Source: Ranitomeya imitator (lineage: Eukaryota). From it: a DNA stretch of 64,000 bases. Positions within the stretch are counted from its first letter, which is position 1, and each line of letters starts with the position of its first letter. The position numbers were made by a program, and so were the translations under genes. The notes beneath the pieces are model-generated. The model had not been told where the DNA came from. It ran no database searches and saw nothing but the letters and a program-made list of their open reading frames with translations. This document shows, piece after piece, positions 35,001 through 44,789 of the stretch. The stretch is taken from the NCBI RefSeq assembly GCF_032444005.1, contig NC_091290.1, positions 131,626,001 through 131,690,000 of the forward strand, in the 5' to 3' direction.

Positions 35001-36974
35001 ATATAGTGTATAGTGTAGATGTAATACAGTGATCACCAGTGACATTATACACAGGAGCTCAGTGTATAGTGTACAGGTAATACACTGATAACCAGTGACA
35101 TTATATACAGGAGCTCTTGATATAGTGTATAGTGTACAGGTAATAGTGATCACCAGTGACATTATACACAGGAGCTCAGTATATAGTGTATAGTGTACAG
35201 GTAATACAGTGATTACCAGAGACATTATACACATGAGCTCAGTATATAGTGTATAGTGTACAGGTAATACAGTGATCACCAGAGACATTATACACATGAG
35301 ATCTGTATATAGTGTATAGTGTACAAGTAATACGGTGATCACCAGTGACATTATACACAGGAGCTCAGTATATAGTGTATAGTGTACAGGTAATACAGTG
35401 ATCACCAGATACATTATACACATGAGATCTGTATATAGTGTACAAGTAATACGGTGATCACCAGTGACATTATACACAGGAGCTCAGTATATAGTGTACA
35501 GTGTACAAGTGTACAGGTAATAAAGTGATCAGCAGAGACATTATACACAGGAAATCAGTGTATAATGTACAGGTAAGTGATCGCTAGTGACATTATACAC
35601 AAGAGCTCAGTATATAGTGTATAGTTTACAGGTAATGGTGATCACCAGTGACATTATACACAGGAGCTCTGTATTCTTTCTGGTGCAATCCCCATTAGGA
35701 AATGAGCTCCATATCTGACAATGCCGTCCAGTGTACATCTTGCCACATGTATGTGGGGTTGCAGGGCTATGTGGGGGTACATATGTGAGGTTACTGGGCT
35801 ATGTGGGGGTACATATGCAGGGGTATATATGGGGGTTGCAGGGCTATGTGGGGGTACATATGGGGTTGCAGGGCTACGTGGGAGGTATGCAGGGCTATAT
35901 GGGGGTACATATGTGGGGTTGCAGGGCTATGTGAGGGGTACATATGTGAGGTTGCGGAGCTATGTGGGGGTACATATGTGAGGTTGCGGGGGTAGCTGTG
36001 GGGGTACATATGTGGGGTTGCAGGGCTATGTGGCGGTACATATGTGAGGGGTGCAAATGGGGGTAGCTGGGCTATGTGGAGGTACATATGTGGGGTGGCA
36101 GGGCTATGTGGGGGTACATATGTGGGATGTCAGGGCTATGTGGGGGTACATACGGGGGGTACATATGGGGGTTGCTCTCATTACAAGCGGTTGTCCTATG
36201 AAGTGGTAGCAGGGCTATATATGGGGGGTTGCAGGACTATGTGGGGGTACATATGGAGTTGCACGGGGTACATATATGGGGGTTGCAGGGCTATGTGAGG
36301 GTACATATGGGGGGATTGCAGGGCTATGTAGGCTCACTTTGTGCTGTGGACCCTCAAAGCCCAAGGTCCAGGTGGACACGATGCAGACGATTCAGAGGTA
36401 GCAGAGATTCAGGAAACCGCCGACTGGCCGCAGACGTACTGGAAGCCACAGGCAGGCTGGAGATGTCCAGCTGGACTGGACAGCAGACAAAATTCTGACA
36501 GAAAGACATACTAGAAAGGTGTCTTGGTAGGCCCGAATCTATGGGTTTCTGGCATCATCTGACATTGTTAGGGCAGCTACTTCCAATAGGTGACATCAGC
36601 GATATTGTTTTCTTTCCTTCTGGGAGAGCGCTAACAATAATAATTAATAATTCAATGTATTAATCTTGTCCTCCAGCTATGAAGACTGCGTTGGGCCAGG
36701 AACATTGGAAGTGTATCTCCCAGCAGATGATCCTCCACCTTACTCCTTAGAAGATCCACATCTCGGTCCCAGCTCTGCGGAGATGCCACTGTGTTCACAA
36801 ACTGATACAGAACATTTCCAGGTCTCCTCGCCTTTATGTACTGTTAACTTACACGTTGTCACACCGGTCCAGACTACGGCCAAGAGGAGTCTTCACCTCC
36901 CTATAATACCGATGGACATGTTAAAAAACGTTGCCTCCCCGGCCGTTGGGAGGTCAGAGGAAAATATGAGTTAG
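17028..36974 (+). CDS. BEAN1: BEAN1 (brain-expressed, NEDD4-associated), 218 aa: join(17028..17052,23699..23905,26258..26384,36677..36974)
   Basis: MSIKVTCT (cf. human MSFKRPCP), TM segment [33 protein letters not shown] motifs [15 protein letters not shown] and DDPPPYSL. Total 657 nt, in frame across all junctions; lies between CDH5 and TK2. Confidence 0.92.
17478..18860 (-). repeat. 33-bp minisatellite encoding ([11 protein letters not shown] / [11 protein letters not shown])n; homogeneous 17478-18500, degenerate to ~18860
   Basis: About 31 near-identical units plus about 10 diverged units; open frame 17465..18502. Confidence 0.95.
19155..19296. other. Assembly gap (142 N)
   Basis: N run. 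Confidence 1.
20701..21840 (-). mobile_element. Internally deleted Tc1 derivative carrying a 31-bp minisatellite (20829-21785)
   Basis: TA followed by TIR-like CGGTGGCTTGCAAAAGTATTTACCC at 20701; minus-strand unit ccATGAAGACCAAGGAGATCTCCAAACAACA; 372-bp higher-order duplication. Confidence 0.7.
22650..23420. repeat. ~345-bp tandem array with inverted internal symmetry and decayed hammerhead-like cores (possibly Penelope-like pLTR derived)
   Basis: Blocks restart at ~22670, ~23020 and ~23360; CTGA(T/C)GA cores on both strands. Confidence 0.55.
23699..23905 (+). CDS. BEAN1: BEAN1 TM exon
   Basis: ctacag acceptor, gtgagc donor, 207 nt. Confidence 0.92.
24078..25650 (-). mobile_element. Old Tc1-like transposon (~1.57 kb) with degenerate transposase
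   Basis: Diverged TIRs (CAGCAGGTGAAGTAAG / CAGCGGGGAAAATAAG, shared tgacatgaaattctcaccaga); ORF 24462..24650 has [22 protein letters not shown]. Confidence 0.85.
26258..26384 (+). CDS. BEAN1: BEAN1 exon (GISYATSS...SYPDYPP)
   Basis: ttacag acceptor, gtaaga donor, 127 nt, phase 1-2. Confidence 0.88.
26697..29207 (-). mobile_element. Full-length piggyBac DNA transposon (2511 bp) in BEAN1 intron 3
   Basis: Perfect 17-bp TIR CCCTCCGTCACATACAA (26697-26713 and 29191-29207); TTAA TSD at 26693-96 and 29208-11. Confidence 0.97.
27029..28804 (-). CDS. piggyBac transposase, uninterrupted, 591 aa from ATG 28804
   Basis: DDD triad ([31 protein letters not shown]), acidic N-terminus, C-terminal Cys-rich domain CxxC..CxxC..CxxH..CxxC; no stops or frameshifts. 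Confidence 0.95.
   Translation of the reverse strand: MERKMYNLSKQLDVEEVTNMLLDDRDLTLNEDLGEESEIDSHDEVEECVLDSETEQDGDSGEDEEVGSYYIRKDKNTKWNKKSFQKKRREPLNIITHLPAVIGTARNAKTAVECWNSVFTDDILDSIVTYTNQYIDIIKDKYICNRTIKPTDEIELRAFFGLLYLAGAYRANRQSLEELWGKDGDGVEKFSLVMSINRFKILIRCLRFDDRTTRTERKTHDRLAPIRDIFQRFVVNCKQSYYPGENLTIDEMLPGFRGRCAFRQYIPSKPNKYGIKMYALVDASKTYTYNLEVYAGKQPEGPYCVSNKPIDVVKRLAEPLFGSGRNITADNWFTSCDLIDYLKIQKLSYVGTVRKNKRELPPQFVSVKERQQYSSMFAFHNGKALVSYVPHAKKIVLLLSTLHDDAAIDPGTGAEKKPEIITFYNATKGGVDTADQMCSTFNVSRNIKRWPMVIFFAMLNLGGINSQVIYLENKLEPLRRRLYLKKLAHELVLGELRRRSVKTIGIPSRLQVQLKRFRPEDDGEKSPSAPPHKRRRCTTCQTESGTRRLSNYECLKCHKAICLTHAKMVCNSCYLLCKCDFSGETSASTSD
29776..30042 (+). repeat. Two tRNA-derived (SINE-head-like) fragments within a local duplication
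   Basis: A-box TGGCTCAGTGG (~29782), B-box GGTTCGAGTC (~30029), shared gcctatgaccgtgga(g/a)acatg. Confidence 0.4.
30085..31030. repeat. G-rich minisatellite (gcagggctatgtgggggtacatat)n
   Basis: Degenerate tandem units; same family at 35750-36330. Confidence 0.85.
31370..32700 (+). mobile_element. Non-autonomous Helitron with a nested palindromic segment and a 21-bp internal tandem array
   Basis: A|TC start, 3' hairpin cccgat-gcgttaga-atcggg then CTAG|T, no TSD; (ctgggcaatatactacgtca)n at 32160-32650. Confidence 0.8.
33335..35672. repeat. ~60-bp minisatellite (acattatacacaggagctc..tatagtgtacaggtaatacagtgatcaccag)n
   Basis: Roughly 40 tandem units. Confidence 0.95.
35750..36330. repeat. G-rich minisatellite, same family as 30085-31030
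   Basis: gggctatgtgggggtacat units. Confidence 0.85.
36677..36974 (+). CDS. BEAN1: BEAN1 last coding exon
   Basis: ctccag acceptor; [12 protein letters not shown]; TAG stop; ORF 36666..36974. Confidence 0.92.
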
Positions 36975-37586
36975 CAATATTCTTAGTGGCGTTTTATCCT
37001 ATCTGTTCCTTGTCATGTGGTATCGATACGTTTGTGTGTTTAATTGGAGAAGTGCAATTAGTTTCTAACTAGCAATAAGAAAGCGCAATAGTTTTATAAG
37101 AAATGTAATTGCACCTTACTAAGGGCTATAAAGAACCATAACTGTCTCACACTGCACCTACTGCATAGTCCTCATCTTATAGAGATACGGTCATCCTACA
37201 TAAAGATACTGACATGTTATACAGTTATGGCCGACAGTGTTGGCACCCTTTAAATTGTTCCAGAAAATGAAGTATTTCTAACAGAAATTATTGACATTAC
37301 AGTTGCTTTGTTATACACATGTTAATTTCCTTTGTGTGTATTGGAACAACACAGAAAATACAGAAAAAAAATTTGGCAACTTGGACATAATTTCACACAC
37401 AACTCCAAAAATGGGAGGACGAAATTAGCATCGTTCCAAAATTGTGGGTAAACCAACTGTTTCAAGTATGTGATGCTTGTTTAAACTCGCCTATGGCAAG
37501 TAACAGGTGTGGGCAGTATGAAAAGTCCATCTCCAGAGATCTTGCTGTTCCTTTGTCCACAGTGTGCAACATACTTAAGAAGTTTA

Positions 37587-40500
37587 TGGAGCGCCCACCG
37601 GAGCCGTGGGGTGCTCAGGCCAGGTCAGACAGTTCTTAAAGGGAATGTGTCACTGCAGCGGTGACCCGGTACGTGGCCCTGGGCATCCAATAAAAGGCAA
37701 ATTGAAATTGAAGGAGGAAATAAAGTTTATGGAGGTTTAGTTCGTGACGCCACCTGTGGGGTTCGGTCAATATGGCCGACGCTGCAGTTCAGATCCATTC
37801 GGGCAGTTGGTGATGCAGCAAAGATGTTTCAGCTCTCCACGGGCAGAGCTAGTCTCCAGGGCAGATACAGGTTTTATTTGTGATGATTGTAGTTGTGGTA
37901 GTTGTAGTGCAGGGCAAGTGGCGCAGAAATAATTCAGAGGACACAGCTGGGTGCAGTTTTCAAAGCTTTGCTCACAGTTCTGCAGATTACTGTCTCCAGC
38001 CGTGTGCTGTGTCCTCCGCGTCTGTGATCCAGCCAACCCCCAGATGATTTGGGGTACACTTTTCCAGGCCTCCTCTCTTGTGTTCCTTTCCTGGCCGTCT
38101 CGCTGCGCTGGTTCCCTCCTCTCCTGCCCTGTGCCTTCGCACAAAGACCTTGTCGGGCGACGTCCTCTGAGTCCCCTTGCTCCTATGTGGCTGCATTTTC
38201 AGCGAATGTGTGTGGATGTGGCTGTGGCACATACAGGTACCACAGCCTCTGGCTAGCTAGCTGAGCCTTGCAGTTCTCCACTAGTCTTGGGGGCTGGTTC
38301 CCTACTGCGATCTGGTCCTTCCACCTGGCGATGGTCAGCGTGGATGTGGGCCCCACAGGTGGATTTCTCACTATCCGTGCCCCTAGGACCCCTTCTTTCT
38401 CTCTCACTTTCTGCAACTTCTATGTCTTCTGGTGCTGGGACGAGCTCCTCACTGCCTCACTGTCTAACCCTCTAACTCCTCCCTCTTGTTTCCATGACAT
38501 CTCTACTCTCTCCACCAGCACCCTCTACCTAGTAACCCTCTCCAGACTGGCCATCCTTCCATAGGGTACGCCCAGGTGCCCTGACTGGAGTGGTGAGGTG
38601 TTGGATGCTGCTGTTAGAGTCCTGGGTAGTGCCCCCTTCTTACCCGAGAGTGGGATACCACACCTCTGGCTGAGGTGCAATACCTCTGTGGCCACTGGAC
38701 CCTCAGGGGTGCCACATATCCCCCCGTTAAACACAGCGCGTCCGCAGGCTGGAACAGCGTAAACCATGTTACAGAAAACATACAATTAATTCTTAGAAAC
38801 ACGTTTCAACAGGTTAAACTGTTAAGCTGGTAACTTCTTCTTCCCTTTATGGGAGGCACTTTGTACTTGAGCGTTACTTACAAATAACTCAAACATGAAC
38901 TAAGGCATTACTCTAAGCAGAATATTGGCATGTCTCTCAATAAAATTATTAGCATTTACTTCCAATAAAACATTTTCTTTCACGTTCAATAAGACATTCT
39001 TAAGTAAAGACAGTAAAACATTCTCCATTATGTGCAATTTAACAATTTCTATCAAGTTCTATAAAACTTTCTCTATCGAGTTCAGTAGGTTTCAATGGGA
39101 TCCCAAACCGGGGAATCCCTCTCTTTAGTGCGTCTCAAACCCCCCAACGTATTCCCTGGGCGTGGCTACAGGGCATAGCTGGTCACCGCGTTGGACCACT
39201 TTTTTGACCACACCAGACAGTTTTTGTTCTTTGGCCTTTTATTAAAGGGATAGAGTGTCCTACTCGCACTCTGAAAGAGGTGATGTAAAAGCAACAAGGA
39301 GCACATTAAGATGTGCTAACTATTCAGGGTGTCCCTCCAGGAGGTGTGATTCCATGTCCCGCCGGGTGACGAATACCTCCGTCAACATTCCGGTGTCCTT
39401 AATGAAACCCCAGCCCTTCTTAAGCTGGAAGGCCACCACGGTGCCCTGCCTCCATGCTTGTTTGGCCTTGCTGGCCTGGGCCTTGGCCTGCCACTTCCGT
39501 TCCTCCATGGCCTTATGCTGGGCATTGAGCTCCTCTTCCTCCTTCTACCACTTAAGCACAAGCTGCTGATTGTATTCCTCTGAGCTAAAGACTTCTATGT
39601 CGGACCCCTCTGGTTGAGCCTCCCCAGGGAATTCGATCATATCTGTCCCCTGCCCCTCCCAGCGGAACACCAAGTTCTCCGTGCTCACCTCCAGTGGTGT
39701 ACCCGTGGGCTCCAGCAGAACCTCCAGGCGATCTTCCATGCCTGATGTCTGGTCCCAGGAGGGATTATAGTAAACCCAGACAGGTTTAGGGGCTGTCGGG
39801 GTTGGAAGTGGGCTCACTAAAGTCCCTCCGATCACTGGAGCAGGGTCGGTCACCGGGGCAGGGTCGGTCACAGTACCAGCTATTGCGGTCTCACCGGTGC
39901 CAGTCTCCTCCTCCGCTGGGGTTGGAGACTTTGGCCGCAGAACGGGACTCTGCTCCTCCAGCTTGATCTTCCTCCGCAGGGCGGACTTCCACCTGCTCAC
40001 CGCGGTGAGCTCCGTGCCCAGAAGCTGGCGGCCCAGCTCCTCCACCTGAGTTCCCAGGAACCCCAGATTCACGGCTGTCGGTTGGTTCAGGTCCTCATCT
40101 CGTCAACCGGGAAAGTCTTTTGCTGCTTCCCCACTCTCCGGGTCACCACCGCTCGCCTTCTTGGGTTCTGGGTTCTCTGCAACACCCACATGTTGTTCCC
40201 GCTCCTTCCTTCGTGGGTGGGCCTTCTTTTCTTTCCTGTCCCCACCATACCAAATCAGGAGGCGGATCTCTCTTGCTGATGGACATGTCGTTGTTGTATA
40301 GTAGTTTTTGTAGTGGGTGGGCATAGCCTTCGCGCCTCACAGTCACATCCTGCCCACGACGACACACGTTTCTCTTCTCTTTGCATGCCGTGTGGTGTGA
40401 CAATGGCGGCTATTAAATAGTTCAACACAGTCTATTGCGCACAAGACCCGATTTATCGGTTCGGTCCATCCTGTTCGTGACTCCAAAAATGGAGCACCCG

Positions 40501-41419
40501 CCAGGGCCGTGGGGAAACTCTGTACCGGGCCGGTTCTTAAAGGGATGTATCACGGCAGCAGTGACCTGGTCTGTGGCCTTGGGCGTCCAATGAAAATGAT
40601 GATAAAAGAGGGAAATAAAGTTTATGGGGGATAGTTCGTGACGCCACCCGTGGTGTTCGGTCAATATGGCCGACGCTGCAGTTCAGATCCACTGGGGCAG
40701 TTGGTGACGCAGCAAAGATGTTTCAGCTCTCCACGGGCAGAGCTAGTCCCCAGGGCAGATATTGGTGTTGAGATGATTGTAGTTGTAGTGCAGGGCAAGT
40801 GGCGCAAGCCAGCTGCCGCAGACCTTGTCGAGCGATGTCCTCTGAGTCCCCTTGCTCCTATGTGGCTGCCTTTTCAGCAAATGTGTGTGGATGTGGCTGT
40901 GGCACATACAGGTACCACAGCCGCCAGCTGGCTAGCTGAGTCTTGTAGTTCTCCATTAGTCTTGTGGGTCAGTTCCCCACTGCGACCTGGTCCCTTCACC
41001 TGGGGATGGCCAGCGTGGATGAGTGCCCCACAGGTGGATTTCTCACTACACGTGCCCCTAGGACCCCTTCTTTCTCTCTCACTTTCTGCAAGTTCTCTCT
41101 CTCTCTCTGTCTTCTGGTGCTAGGATGAGCTCCTCACTGCTCAAGTCTCAGCTCCAACCAACCCTCTAACTAATTCCTCCCTCTTGTTTCCATGACATCT
41201 CTACTCTCTCCACCCACACCCTCTACCTAGTAACCCTCTCCAGACTGGGATGAGGCCATCCTCCCATAGGGTACGCCCAGGTGCCCTGACTGGAGCGGTG
41301 AGGTGTTGGATGCTGGTGTTAGAGTCCTGGGTAGTGCTGCTTCCTTACCTGAGTGGGATACCACACCTCTGGCTGACCTGCAATACCTCTGTGGTGACTG
41401 GACCCTCAGGAGCGCCACA
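37587..41419 (-). mobile_element. Non-autonomous LTR retrotransposon (Gypsy-like termini), 3833 bp
   Basis: TG..CA LTRs at 40490-41419 (5') and 37587-38716 (3'); 4-bp TSD TTTA at 37583-86 and 41420-23; PBS at 40468-40485 matching the tRNA-Ser 3' end at 17/18 (from memory); PPT at ~38717-38725; no pol. Confidence 0.88.
39320..40324 (-). pseudogene. Internal LTR-element ORF (~335 codons, two in-frame stops) ending in a cold-shock-domain-like motif
   Basis: ORFs 40103..40324, 39545..40072 and 39320..39508 share one frame; TGA at 40103-05 and TAG at 39545-47; GTVVAFQLKKGWGFI..EVFVTRRD. Confidence 0.7.
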
Positions 41420-41744
41420 TTTACAACCCGTGATACTGTAGATAATCTCCCTGGACTTGGATGGAAGAGAAAAAATTATGAAAGGTTACGACACAGAATA
41501 ATCCAGATGGTGGATAAGTGGCCCCAACCAAGGTCCAAAGAAATTCAAGCTGTCCTACAGGCTCGGGGTGCATCAGTGTCAGCGTGAACTATCCGTCGAC
41601 ATTTGAATTAAATGGAACGCTATGGCAGGAGTCCCAGGAGGACCCCACTGGTGACAGAGACATCAAAAGCTAGACTGCAGTTTGCCAAAATGTTCGTAAG
41701 CCAAAATCTTTCTGGGAAAGTGTCTAGTGGACTGATGAGACTAA

Positions 41745-42139
41745 GGCTACTTTCACACTAGCGTTGTTTGCTGTACATCGCAATTCGTCGTTTTGGAGAA
41801 AAAACGCATCCTGCAAAGTTGCCCGCAGGATGCGTTTTTTCTCCGTAGACTTTCATTAGCGACGCATTGCCACACATCGCATCCGTCGTGCGACAGATGC
41901 GTCGTGTTTTGGCGCACCGTTGCCACAAAAAAGTTACATGACTTTTTTTGTGCGCCGAGTCCGCAATTTCCGACAGCGCGGAACTCCACCCCCTCCTCCC
42001 CGGACCTTACAATGGGGCAGCAGATGCGTTGTAAAACTGCATCCGCTGTCCCCGTTGATCTATTTTTTCGCAGTTTGCGTCGGTACGTCGGGCCGACGCA
42101 TGGCGACGGCCCCGTACCGACGCAAGTGTGAAAGTAGCC
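41745..42139. mobile_element. PIF/Harbinger-like MITE
   Basis: TIR GGCTACTTTCACACT / AGTGTGAAAGTAGCC; TAA TSD at 41742-44 and 42140-42; removing it restores the Tc1 WTDETKIEL reading. Confidence 0.85.
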
Positions 42140-42147
42140 TAAGATAG

Positions 42148-42378
<231 letters not shown>

Positions 42379-43015
42379 TGACCTAGGTTTTGGGACCTTT
42401 TGAGGTTTTTGAGACTGTGCCTTCGAATATGAGACCTGGAGCAGTTTGCAAAAGTAGACTTGTCCAACATTCCATCTGAGAGGTGTAAGAAGCTTGTTAA
42501 CTGTTATAGGAAGTGATTGATTGCAGTTATTTATTCCAAATGGTGTTCAACCAAATATTATGTGGACGGTGCCAACAATTTTGTATGGCCCAATTTTGGG
42601 GTTTTGTGTGAAATTGTGTCCAATTTGCCTTTTTTTATCCGTTTTTTTGTGTTTTCCCAATACACACAAATGAAAACAAACGTGTATAACAAAACATGTG
42701 TAAGTGCAATAATTTTTTGGGAGAACTATTTCATTTTCTGGAACAATTTCAAGGGCGCCAACACTTTTGGCCTTGACTGTATAGAGATATTGACATCTTA
42801 TATAGAGATAGTTATGTCCATGTTCTGTGTCTCATACACTTATTGGTCTCACCTGTACAGTCGTCTTCTTTGCATATACACTAGCACTGATCGCACACAC
42901 CTCCACATAACAGTGTATATACGTACTCATGATCCTATACACCTATATCACCATTGTATATAAGTATTGATGGCTTATGCACAGTCATCTTATACGTCCA
43001 TGCAGTCTGATGCGC

Positions 43016-43046
<31 letters not shown>

Positions 43047-44459
43047 GTATGTTCTCTTATACACTTGTAGACATTTTTTTGGCAACCAAAGCAACGCAGA
43101 GTATAAAATAAAGGATTTATTAATAAATCATGATCTTCTTGGAGAGTTATGCAATGATGGGGGTAGTGGCACCAAATCTGAGAGCACCTTGATGTAGAGG
43201 CAGAGACCCCGATTCCAGTGATATCACTTACTAGGCTCTGTGTTGCTGTTTCAGTAAAATCAGTGTTTTAACAGCAGTAGATTATCACTACAGGACTAGG
43301 TGTCTCGTGCCTTCTAGTCCAACCACACCCCCAACACTGATTGGCTGCTTTCTATGTACACTGACAGAAAGCTTCCAATCAGTGGTGTGGGCGGGGTTAT
43401 ACACACCTCAGCATTCCGAGATCTGCAGAGAAAACAGTGACTGTATCAAAATGACAGCAAGCGGCCTACTAAGTGATATATCGTTGGAATCAGGGTCTCA
43501 GCTCCTACATTATGCTACTCTCAGATTACATCTTACATCAGATTAAATCTTTTGTTTTTGGTTACTTCCAGATGATTTAGCTGAAGGCTGGGATAATGCC
43601 AGTGTATTTCATGGCTACAATACGGACTGTAATGGCCGCCTCCCGAATTGAACTAACAGTCTCCTCTGCTACCGGGCCGGTCTGTATACAGATCATGAAA
43701 TATGCTCATGTAAACTCGGCTTAATTCATCATTTGTGACTTTTCAAAATGAGGCAAAGTTTTTTTGCACAAATGTTTTCCGTGACCCGAGTGTAATAAAA
43801 ATTCTGCTGAACTTTGTTTTGGTGGCAGTTTAAGACTAATGTGTGATATTTTAAGGAAACAAGACTTTTGGGTCTAAAAAAAAGTACAAAAAAATAGGTC
43901 AAAGACAAAAATTTTTTTTAAATTTTGTGCAAAATTCAACATTTTGTAGAATTTGAAACGCAAAAATGGAATCAAAGATCGCACGATAAAGGAGAAAACC
44001 AGATGATGGTTCGGCCAATTAAAGGGGTTGTCTATTGATGGTCTGTCCTTACGGCTCAATCTTACACGCCGGCCAGTCCGTGCACCGATTTATTAATCCA
44101 AATAAGAGTGCACCTACTTGGATGAATTTGACGCAAAATTCACCAGTGTGAAAAGAAAGATAAAAGAAAAAAAAATTACTTAAAAAAATGCAAAGTGTAA
44201 TGTAAATTAAGAATTCTATGCAGCCCCGGAGGAGAAGGAGCGGCCCGGCTCTGCTACATCTGTGTCTATTCCAGAGCTGACTTTCGCTTTTGCTTCTTCC
44301 TTTCCTCCAGTGATCTGATTGACACACAACACATCCTATGTGGTCGGGCACAATGCACACACCCAGCCAATGTTTTGGAGGGAGCTGGAGGCAGAGCCTG
44401 AGTAACTTCCTCAATGCAGAACTTAGCAGGAAGGAAAAGCCACAAAGTGAGGGCTAAGA

Positions 44460-44789
44460 ATGAAGAGCAATGCAGACAGGCAGCGGCTTTACCAGGACTA
44501 CATCGCCCACTATGAGTCCACGAGCCACGAAGGCAATGTGGCATTGTGTGACCCTCCGCTGCGGTGCAGGGGCGACGCTCACCAGTGCAAGGGCGACGCT
44601 CACCAGTGCAACTGCCCTGCAGCCCTGGGGGAAAACTACTCCCAGCTCATTAGACAGAACTTACAGAGCAAAAAGCTGGAGCATAAGGTGGAAGCGCTGA
44701 AGCAGATGATGAAGGGGTTCGCAATCCTGGAGCTTATCTGTGTCAACTTATTTCTCTTTCCATGGAGGAAAGAGATCAGGACACTGAAG
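44460..44789 (+). CDS. SPATA2-like coding exon 1
   Basis: ATG 44460; AAG|gtagga donor; 330 nt. Confidence 0.85.

Noticed and set aside
33154-35477. Hydrophobic repeat ORFs, and a CRISPR-like appearance
   Set aside because: Head-to-tail minisatellite with no unique spacers and no cas genes, in a eukaryotic intron.
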